Origin: a virus
DNA length: 64,000 nt
Virus record (IMG/VR): IMGVR_UViG_3300010158_000028
Span: 64,001-128,000 of that record
Reading direction: 5' to 3' (one strand)
Shown: piece by piece, positions 9,681 through 16,736 of the stretch
How positions within the stretch are numbered: position 1 is the stretch's first letter
Layout: every line of letters begins with the position of its first letter
Translations under genes and position numbers: made by a program
The notes under the pieces: generated by a model
Database searches by the model: none
Told to the model about the DNA's origin: nothing
What the model saw: only the letters and a program-made list of their open reading frames with translations

Positions 9681-10195
9681 GACTTATTCACATGTTTACC
9701 AAAATTAGGTTCTTGCCATCCTTCTGGTTTCAAAACTTTACCATCTTCTCTCTTTAATACTTTACCAGACTTCTGGTCAATCTTTGCCAAATTACTATTG
9801 GCAACTTCTGACCATGCACCATCTACATTAAAACCTTTCATCTTACAATAACCAAGTATTACCCAAATCATATCCATACAGGCATCTAATTGTTCTACAT
9901 CATCATTGTTCCAAAATGCTTCCATAAATTCTGCATATTCTTCAGATATGAGTTTAGAATATAATTCAGCATTTTCTTTTGAAGGTATTTGACCACATGC
10001 CTCTAAGAATGTAGTTACAGAGTTATGCAGCATTTCTCTACCAATTTTTTTGATGACAATTTCACCATCATCATTTTTACTGATATCTAGAACATCACCT
10101 GTAGACCAACCAACATCAGTTAAAAGTTGTTCATTTAATTCTATGATTGCATCACCATTATCACATACTTCTAATACTTTACTTTCGTAAATCAT
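9677..10195 (-). CDS. AbrB/MazE-like N-terminal domain fused to a MazG/PRA-PH-like NTP pyrophosphohydrolase
   Basis: N-terminus GDAIIEL..LL..VGW..GD.L; C-terminus LISEEYAE...EQLDACMD...EVANSNLAK...REDGKVLKP. Confidence 0.75.
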   Translation of the reverse strand: MIYESKVLEVCDNGDAIIELNEQLLTDVGWSTGDVLDISKNDDGEIVIKKIGREMLHNSVTTFLEACGQIPSKENAELYSKLISEEYAEFMEAFWNNDDVEQLDACMDMIWVILGYCKMKGFNVDGAWSEVANSNLAKIDQKSGKVLKREDGKVLKPEGWQEPNFGKHVNKS

Positions 10196-10359
10196 TCTTC
10201 ACTCACTTTTTCTTTTTTGGTTGAGAACCGTGCTCGTTCTTTAGCAATTTGACTTTCAATTGCAAACTTCTTATACATTGTGTATTCATCTTTATTAAGG
10301 ATAGTTGCCAATACACGTTTAGCAGGTTTATTCAACCTGAAATTTTTATCTGCTTTCAT
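10192..10359 (-). CDS. 55-aa basic hypothetical protein (MKADKNFRLNKPAKRVLATI...)
   Basis: Hand-translated; GGAG SD; stop overlaps the next start (ATGA). Confidence 0.65.
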   Translation of the reverse strand: MKADKNFRLNKPAKRVLATILNKDEYTMYKKFAIESQIAKERARFSTKKEKVSEE

Positions 10360-10427
10360 AATATCTCCATGTTGTAAAGAGAACTCGAGCGTATGATAAT
10401 CAACTCACAGAGGCCCGAGCCGTGTTG

Positions 10428-10883
10428 TTACTCAGTCAAAAGTTGTGGTTTACTAAATGTGATTTCTTTAGTACCAACATCAATTCTACGAGGTTTCTTT
10501 GATTCAGGAATAATATTCTCTAAACCAATTCTAAGAATACCATCTCTGTATTGTGAACCACATACTTCAATGGTATCTGCCAATTGAAAATTCTTAGTAA
10601 ATGATCTTGTACCAATACCACGATACAGATATTCACCAGAATCTACAGCAGGTTTCTTTTGACCTTTGATTGTTAAAACATTTTCGGTAACAACAACATC
10701 AATTTCATCTTGAGAAAAACCAGCAATAGCCATCTCAATTAGATATTGATTGTCATTGATTCTACTAATGTTGTGAGGTGGGAACTTATCAATAGAGGTT
10801 GCATCTGTCATTGTTTGCAATTGTTCAAACAATTTTTCAAATCCAACATACCGATGAAGCATAGGTGTAAAAGTATAAGTCAT
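10428..10883 (-). CDS. Small heat-shock protein (Hsp20/IbpA-like)
   Basis: FPPHNI, IEMAIAGF, YLYRGIGTRSF, GILRIGLE..IPE.KKPRRI. Confidence 0.95.
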   Translation of the reverse strand: MTYTFTPMLHRYVGFEKLFEQLQTMTDATSIDKFPPHNISRINDNQYLIEMAIAGFSQDEIDVVVTENVLTIKGQKKPAVDSGEYLYRGIGTRSFTKNFQLADTIEVCGSQYRDGILRIGLENIIPESKKPRRIDVGTKEITFSKPQLLTE

Positions 10884-10938
10884 AATAGACTCCTTGTTAA
10901 GCGAGTTAAAAAAATATGTAACCCCGAAGGCATTACAA
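10884..10938 (-). promoter_or_regulatory. ROSE-like RNA thermometer in the hsp20 leader
   Basis: ACUC(G)CUU-AAC-AAGGAGU pairs the SD with a bulged G; an upstream C(UUCG)G hairpin is also present. Confidence 0.8.
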
Positions 10939-10940
10939 TC

Positions 10941-11117
10941 TTATTTATTCAAAATTTTATAGGCAGCACGATTTACCAGAAAAAATCTTTCAATATTTTC
11001 CTGAGTAAATACTTTAATAAAATTTAAACCTTCAACGATTTTAATATCTTCTATGTTTTCACAAAAGACAATTTCACCATTGAAGATGTTCTCTAGTTTT
11101 ATTGGTTGTTTGTTCAT
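10941..11117 (-). CDS. 58-aa hypothetical protein (MNKQPIKLENIFNGEIVFC...)
   Basis: Hand-translated; GGTGA SD; fills the regA-hsp20 gap. Confidence 0.65.
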   Translation of the reverse strand: MNKQPIKLENIFNGEIVFCENIEDIKIVEGLNFIKVFTQENIERFFLVNRAAYKILNK

Positions 11118-11131
11118 AATAAATCACCATG

Positions 11132-11530
11132 TTAAATACGTTTTTTGCCAATATTATACTTACTTACTAATTCCCAATCATCTTTTTCTTTGTATGCAAT
11201 GATCTTGATTTGATGAATAGGCGCAATATTGTTTTCCATAATCTTAGGATTAACAATCTTTACCAATCCCCAATCTTGCAGTAACTTAGCGATTGCATTC
11301 CGTCTTTGAATATCATTATCTGATAGGTTAGAAGGTTTGCCATCTAAATCAAACAACTCTTTGAAATGAACAATGTAGTATTGTCCTTGTTTATGTAGAA
11401 TGTGACAAGACTGGTACAAAATCTTATCTTTCCGTGAAGATACGCCAATACGTGTTAAAGTTTCTTTTACTTTTAAGAAGTCATCACTCTTTTCAAGTTT
11501 AACCTCAACGAAATCTAAAATATTTACCAT
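11132..11530 (-). CDS. regA: Translational repressor RegA
   Basis: DDFLKVKETLTRIGV, LYQSCHILHKQGQYYIVHFKELF. Confidence 0.97.
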   Translation of the reverse strand: MVNILDFVEVKLEKSDDFLKVKETLTRIGVSSRKDKILYQSCHILHKQGQYYIVHFKELFDLDGKPSNLSDNDIQRRNAIAKLLQDWGLVKIVNPKIMENNIAPIHQIKIIAYKEKDDWELVSKYNIGKKRI

Positions 11531-11531
11531 G

Positions 11532-11915
11532 CTATTTCCTCAATCCACCGATATCGGTTTTTTCTTTTAATTGTTGGATTTGTTCATCACTAAGTAGGCG
11601 AAGCGCCTCAATAGCCTTGGCATCTGAAAAACCATAATATTTCTTTAAACATTCTATATCTTCAACTTTCTCAGGTTTAATCCACTTAGCAAATGGTCTT
11701 TTTCTGGACCTAATTGTATTTATAAGAAAATCATTTTGTAACTTCTTATCTAAGTGGTGCCTACGATTCATCTCATTAGCATAGGCAATACAGTCCATAT
11801 GATAGGAAAGACTACGGTTTACTAGAAAAGGAACATATTCACTTTCAGTAACTTCATCGACAATAAGTTGTTTTTTACCTTTCAATATTTCGTTAACATA
11901 ATCAAATGGATTCAT
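11532..11915 (-). CDS. gp62: Clamp loader small subunit
   Basis: YVPFLVNRSLS, ANEMN, YYGFS..KA; synteny 45-44-62-regA. Confidence 0.92.
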   Translation of the reverse strand: MNPFDYVNEILKGKKQLIVDEVTESEYVPFLVNRSLSYHMDCIAYANEMNRRHHLDKKLQNDFLINTIRSRKRPFAKWIKPEKVEDIECLKKYYGFSDAKAIEALRLLSDEQIQQLKEKTDIGGLRK

Positions 11916-12844
11916 TATTTGAATTCCAAATTAACCATCAATTCAGTTAAACATGCAACAATATTAATCTCTGCATCGGCAACAAATGCTTGTTTATATT
12001 GATAGTCAGCAAGAATAATTACTGCTTGCGGTATACTGCCCGGTTGTAATACTTCATATAAACTATCGTATAACTTACGATAAATTGTCTGTGGATCAAC
12101 ATCATTACTTGCAACCCATTTACGAATTGAACCAAAGTCTTTGTCTTTAATGAAACCAACAATCTGTGATAATGATACATCGGTAATATGTGCTAGAACA
12201 CCAGTATCAATCTTACCGAATTGTGAGAATCGTTGTAGTTCATTTATTACACGCCGAAAATCAGGAAAGTGTTTCTTGATTAATTCTGCAATAACTTTAG
12301 GTTCAAACTCAATCTTTTCTGTCTTAAGAATAGTTTGTATGCGTTTAAAGAATTGACCTGCCATCTCAGTCTTTTCATCATTCTTTAATGCAAAATCAAT
12401 GACTGCACACCGAGAATGGAGTGGTTCAATCATCTTACTTTTGTAATTGCAAGTAAAGATAAAGGAACAATTCTTTGAAAATTCTTCAATAGAATTTCTA
12501 AATGCTGCTTGAGCATTTGCAGATAGATAATCTGCTTCATCAATAATGATTACTCTACGATGTCCAGAAAATGACATTGCAGATGCATAGTTTTTAATCT
12601 TATGCCGAACAACATCAACACCATTCTCATCAGAACCATTGATGATCATGTAATCACAACCAATTTGTTCACACATGGCTTTTGCAACTGTAGTCTTACC
12701 TACGCCTGCACCGCCAGATAGAAGTAAATTAGGAATACTATTTTGATTAACATACTCCTGAAACGGTGTTTTTAACCGTTCAGGTAGTATGCAATCTTCA
12801 ATCGTCTTAGGCCGATATGCTTCTGTCCATAATAAATGTTTCAT
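11915..12844 (-). CDS. gp44: Clamp loader AAA+ subunit
   Basis: WTEAYRP, GGAGVGKTT, IIDEAD, PLHSRC, FPDFRR. Confidence 0.96.
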   Translation of the reverse strand: MKHLLWTEAYRPKTIEDCILPERLKTPFQEYVNQNSIPNLLLSGGAGVGKTTVAKAMCEQIGCDYMIINGSDENGVDVVRHKIKNYASAMSFSGHRRVIIIDEADYLSANAQAAFRNSIEEFSKNCSFIFTCNYKSKMIEPLHSRCAVIDFALKNDEKTEMAGQFFKRIQTILKTEKIEFEPKVIAELIKKHFPDFRRVINELQRFSQFGKIDTGVLAHITDVSLSQIVGFIKDKDFGSIRKWVASNDVDPQTIYRKLYDSLYEVLQPGSIPQAVIILADYQYKQAFVADAEINIVACLTELMVNLEFK

Positions 12845-12869
12845 TCACATACTCCATAATATAATTAAA

Positions 12870-13046
12870 CTACTTCAATTCACCATTCAATCTACCAATT
12901 ACTTCCATATAATTACCCGTAACTTTAGTAGTACCGCCATCTGCCATAACAATATTAGCACCTGCCATTGTTGCTTCTACTAACATAACAAAATTTGGAT
13001 TGATTGCAACACTACCAGCATCAGGTCGTTCAAAATAAATTAACAT
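12870..13046 (-). CDS. 58-aa hypothetical protein (MLIYFERPDAGSVAINP...)
   Basis: Hand-translated; fills the gp45-gp44 gap. Confidence 0.6.
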   Translation of the reverse strand: MLIYFERPDAGSVAINPNFVMLVEATMAGANIVMADGGTTKVTGNYMEVIGRLNGELK

Positions 13047-13047
13047 A

Positions 13048-13725
13048 TTAACCCTTTGTAAATGTTGAACCTGGTTCAGATGTAATCCAATAATTCAATT
13101 CTAATTCTGCATGTTTAAAATTTGATACACCTTTAGATGAAATGTTTACAATGTAATTACCAGGATACATTACAAAGTTTTGCATTTTAAATAGAATGTT
13201 ATAAACATCACCATTGCCATCACACATAACTAATTCATTAGTTGCAGATGCATCATTCTTAGTATCAAATGCAAGAATAGATACTTTTGATCCATCAGAT
13301 TTAACTGCAACATCACTGGTACCCAATACATTTGTAATACGCTTTAGATGATTGTAATCTTCTTTTGTGAATGTAAATTGAATCTCAGCTTCAGGCATTG
13401 CAATTGGCTTTGATGGTGCAAGAGTAATCATCTCTGGATCACAGTAATAATATTTCAATTTATTTCTGCCATCAGCACTTATAAGTTTACATGCATTTTC
13501 TTCAAGTTCAATTTCAGTGCCATTGAACATAGTCAAAACTGCCAAAAAGTTATTCAAATCATATACACTAAAATCTTTTGTAACTTCATCTTCAGATTTA
13601 AATTCAGCAAGGATGTTTTTTGTTTTACTAACTGTGCGAATAACTTTACCAGTTTGAAACATAATGCTTTCATTAATTGTTCCAAAGTTCTTTAAGATTT
13701 CAATTGTTTGTTCAGATAATTTCAT
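13048..13725 (-). CDS. gp45: Sliding clamp
   Basis: MKLSEQTIEILKNFGTIN, F.VYDLNNFL; GGAG SD favours a start at 13725. Confidence 0.93.
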   Translation of the reverse strand: MKLSEQTIEILKNFGTINESIMFQTGKVIRTVSKTKNILAEFKSEDEVTKDFSVYDLNNFLAVLTMFNGTEIELEENACKLISADGRNKLKYYYCDPEMITLAPSKPIAMPEAEIQFTFTKEDYNHLKRITNVLGTSDVAVKSDGSKVSILAFDTKNDASATNELVMCDGNGDVYNILFKMQNFVMYPGNYIVNISSKGVSNFKHAELELNYWITSEPGSTFTKG

Positions 13726-13739
13726 AATATACTCCATAA

Positions 13740-14033
13740 TTAAATTTTTGTTTTAGAACCATATAACTCATCGTGATTGTGTAAAGCCATTATACTATAA
13801 TGAATCACTTTTAGCAAGTCTTTTCTGTTACGACCTTCTTTCTTACCGTATCTTTGTGCATATTTCATAATGTTACCGATACAGAAACCCTCACCGTGAC
13901 CACTATCCATTATAAACTCAGTTGCCTGAAATTTATTTTGTGAATAGTGTTCACCGTAAGTGTTATCAATATAGACTTTTAATTCATCGAGTATTCTACC
14001 TTCACTATACTTGTAATCTATATCACATCTCAT
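13740..14033 (-). CDS. DUF3310 / T7 gp1.7-like nucleotide kinase family protein
   Basis: HY...GFCIGNIMKYAQRYGKK...DLLKVIHY. Confidence 0.75.
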   Translation of the reverse strand: MRCDIDYKYSEGRILDELKVYIDNTYGEHYSQNKFQATEFIMDSGHGEGFCIGNIMKYAQRYGKKEGRNRKDLLKVIHYSIMALHNHDELYGSKTKI

Positions 14034-14035
14034 GA

Positions 14036-14851
14036 TTATAGTTTACCAGTCAATTCAGCAACTTTAGGCATGTTACCAGTGAATGGATATGTACCAATAT
14101 GTTGTGTTTTCATCCATGGACACAAGTAGATTTCTCCACCAATCTTGCGCCACATCTGGCAAAACATATAATCTTCAGATAGATACCGATCAGAACCACC
14201 ACCAACAATAGAATCTTTAGTATCAATTACTGTATCAAAGTATGCATGAATATATCTTGAACCGTCAAAGTTTGCTTGACCAACATGATCAGGCTTATAC
14301 CGAATAGTAGGATATGCATCTCGCATCTTATCAAATACTTCACGTTTAACCATCATGAAACCTGTACCAATTTCTAATACTTGAAGTGGTTCAGTTACAG
14401 AAAAGTTTTTGGTACCATGAACAACATTAAACACATAATCACCAACAACATATTCTAAATCTTGTGGTGGTAAATCAGGATGTTTTCTTGCTGCTTCTGC
14501 TACATTGTTCCAATTGATAGATTTCTTAGGATAAGGTCCACCAACTACTTCTTTATCTAATGCCATCAATGCAATTACATCTTGCGGATTAAAATGAACA
14601 TCAGAATCAATGAAGAGTAGATGAGTGCATTCCGAACGGAGAAATTCATCTACAAGATAATTACGTGCCCGAGTGATAAGAGATTCATTAAACAAAAATG
14701 AAAACTTAACATCAACACCATATTTCATCATCATTACTTGCAAATCAAGGCATGATTTCATATACATGCCATATGACATACCACCATACATCGGTGTTGC
14801 CACAAACAACTTAAACTGTTTTAAATCTTCTAATTTAACTTTTATTTCCAT
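14036..14851 (-). CDS. GT-A fold glycosyltransferase-like protein
   Basis: VATPMYGG, ITRARN, LLFIDSD (DxD), GTGFMMVKR, LSEDYMFC. Confidence 0.75.
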   Translation of the reverse strand: MEIKVKLEDLKQFKLFVATPMYGGMSYGMYMKSCLDLQVMMMKYGVDVKFSFLFNESLITRARNYLVDEFLRSECTHLLFIDSDVHFNPQDVIALMALDKEVVGGPYPKKSINWNNVAEAARKHPDLPPQDLEYVVGDYVFNVVHGTKNFSVTEPLQVLEIGTGFMMVKREVFDKMRDAYPTIRYKPDHVGQANFDGSRYIHAYFDTVIDTKDSIVGGGSDRYLSEDYMFCQMWRKIGGEIYLCPWMKTQHIGTYPFTGNMPKVAELTGKL

Positions 14852-14865
14852 AGTATATCCATTCT

Positions 14866-14902
14866 AAAAAAAGAGGTGACACAAATATATATGCATCACC
14901 TC
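14866..14902 (-). terminator. Intrinsic terminator after the small HTH gene
   Basis: GAGGTGA...TCACCTC stem followed by a T run on the minus strand. Confidence 0.75.
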
Positions 14903-14921
14903 ATATAATTACACTACAGAT

Positions 14922-15188
14922 TTAGGCAAATGCAGCAGCACCCAACTCCTTATAAGCTGCAGCAACCATCTGACGATTAGGCGTACCTAAACGATAAACA
15001 GTGATAGTTTCACCGTTGGTTGTCTTTTTGCTATTGCGGTAGATACTATAACCCTCAGCACGTAATTCAGCAATGCGAGCAGAGAATCGCTCAATACCAT
15101 AACGGCTTTTAGCAACATTCTCAGTAATATCTTTACCAGTTTTGAAAAAGTCAAGTAGTTTTTCGTTTTGTGAACTATTTGATTTCAT
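14922..15188 (-). CDS. Small winged-HTH DNA-binding protein
   Basis: A.SRYGIERFSARIAELRAEGYSI...VYRLG. Confidence 0.75.
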   Translation of the reverse strand: MKSNSSQNEKLLDFFKTGKDITENVAKSRYGIERFSARIAELRAEGYSIYRNSKKTTNGETITVYRLGTPNRQMVAAAYKELGAAAFA

Positions 15189-15210
15189 AATAATACTCCA
15201 ATTTAGTTTT

Positions 15211-15253
15211 GTGTCGCAATTAAATTAAATTTACAGAGGCGACACTTCTCTGT
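15211..15253 (-). ncRNA. H-type pseudoknot in the 5' UTR of the HTH gene
   Basis: ACAGAG/CUCUGU stem whose loop GUGUCGC pairs perfectly with downstream GCGACAC. Confidence 0.65.
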
Positions 15254-15264
15254 TAATTTCAACT

Positions 15265-15293
15265 ATTATACTATAATTATATAACAGTGTCAA
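15265..15293 (-). promoter_or_regulatory. Sigma70-type promoter
   Basis: TTGACA-17 nt-TATAAT, exact. Confidence 0.85.
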
Positions 15294-15311
15294 CACTTTA
15301 ACAGGTAAATG

Positions 15312-16643
15312 TTATTGATTGCCATTAGTCCAAAGGTAATTGCTCTTGTTTATTACCAATCCAGAACTTAAAGTTTCAGCAACACTATCTGGTATAGTTG
15401 TCATAGTATTTGGTATAGTTGTCATAGTATTAGGTATTCCGGCAGGAGTTTGTTGAGCCGAATTCACTGCATTTGACATCTCTTCAGCCAAACTACTTTC
15501 AGGCACAACTGTTTCAATAGTAGGTTTTGCATCTTCATCAATCTTAGTATATAAATCTAAGAATGATCTTTTTGTATCTTCATCAAAACGATTCAAGCAT
15601 AATTCAATTGCCTTCATCTTATCATTAAAGACACCAAACGATTTAACAATATGTACCAAACGGCGAGTAGAGATAACTTCATCAGCACCACCTTCGGCAA
15701 ATGTTTTACGAATAATATCTGCCCATGTTACCAATTTATCTACAAATTCATTATCATCTTTACCAACAGATGACATTTCCTTAACTAAAATTTTCTTCTC
15801 TACTGAAACAGATGGCCACTCTTGTTCGATTGTAATCAAGAATCGTTCTAAAAATGCCTCATTCAATACATTAGTAAACATATAACGACCATCTTCAGAA
15901 CCTTTACCTTTAGTATTTGCAGTAGCAATTACAGTAAAACCTTCTGCAGGTGTTACTACTTCATTTTTCTTTTTCAATAAGAATGGTTTGCCTTCAAATA
16001 CACGCTGTAAACATGATAGATTAGCTGCACCATAATCAATCTCATCAATACACAAGACTGCACCTTGTCGTGCCGCAACTGTTACTGGACCATCACGCCA
16101 TTCCATCTGTCCATTAATCAATACATAGTTACCTAACAAATCACTTTCATCGGTTTCTGGTGTCATTGAAATACAAACAAACTTGCGACCAATCTTGGCA
16201 CATGCCTGTTCTGCCGACATTGTTTTACCATTACCCGATTGACCAGTAATCAATAACGGAAAGAATTGATTGGAACTTACAATATTTAATAAATCATTGA
16301 AGTGACCAAATGGTACAAAATTCTTATAAATTGAAGGTACTAAATTATTACTTTCCAAATCGGTAATAACATTAGTAATCCGATTGCCTTGTTTAACTTC
16401 TGTTACTGGTTCTTTTTTCATATTAACGACCTGTGCGACCATTTGCACTGTAGAATTATCGGTTGGTATTTTATATAGTCCACGCCCGATACGATAATCA
16501 TTACCTTTAATTAACCATTGTGGGAATTTGATATCGTTTTTTTGGCAAATCTCATGTATTTCAGGATGCGTTAATGCGGTCTTACCTGTTGCTAATGCCA
16601 ACTTAACAAACTTCTCACGTGCCTCAATTTTAATCTTACTCAT
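15312..16643 (-). CDS. CobS/MoxR-like AAA+ ATPase
   Basis: GQSGNGKT, LCIDEID, ATANTKG, LNEAFLERF, ISTRRLV. Confidence 0.9.
   Translation of the reverse strand: MSKIKIEAREKFVKLALATGKTALTHPEIHEICQKNDIKFPQWLIKGNDYRIGRGLYKIPTDNSTVQMVAQVVNMKKEPVTEVKQGNRITNVITDLESNNLVPSIYKNFVPFGHFNDLLNIVSSNQFFPLLITGQSGNGKTMSAEQACAKIGRKFVCISMTPETDESDLLGNYVLINGQMEWRDGPVTVAARQGAVLCIDEIDYGAANLSCLQRVFEGKPFLLKKKNEVVTPAEGFTVIATANTKGKGSEDGRYMFTNVLNEAFLERFLITIEQEWPSVSVEKKILVKEMSSVGKDDNEFVDKLVTWADIIRKTFAEGGADEVISTRRLVHIVKSFGVFNDKMKAIELCLNRFDEDTKRSFLDLYTKIDEDAKPTIETVVPESSLAEEMSNAVNSAQQTPAGIPNTMTTIPNTMTTIPDSVAETLSSGLVINKSNYLWTNGNQ
15391..15437. repeat. 21-bp tandem repeat (IPNTMTT, about 2.2 copies) in the AAA protein tail
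   Basis: ggtatagttgtcatagtatt occurs at 15391 and 15412. Confidence 0.85.
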
Positions 16644-16675
16644 AATGTAAACTCCTTATCATTTAATATACAACT

Positions 16676-16704
16676 ATTATACTACGAATGATACCCAATG
16701 TCAA
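16676..16704 (-). promoter_or_regulatory. Sigma70-type promoter
   Basis: TTGACA-17 nt-TATAAT, exact. Confidence 0.85.
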
Positions 16705-16723
16705 CCACTATTTTTACCATAAA

Positions 16724-16736
16724 AATCAACAACTTA
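16724..16736 (+). promoter_or_regulatory. IHF-consensus site
   Basis: AATCAACAACTTA matches WATCAANNNNTTR, just upstream of the -35 box. Confidence 0.5.

Noticed and set aside
10382-10421. HDV-like or hammerhead ribozyme
   Set aside because: Could not fit the nested double pseudoknot or the CUGAnGA/GAAA core
15195-15253. preQ1 or SAM-II riboswitch identity for the pseudoknot
   Set aside because: The topology is similar, but the ligand-binding consensus nucleotides are not evident and the downstream gene is unrelated
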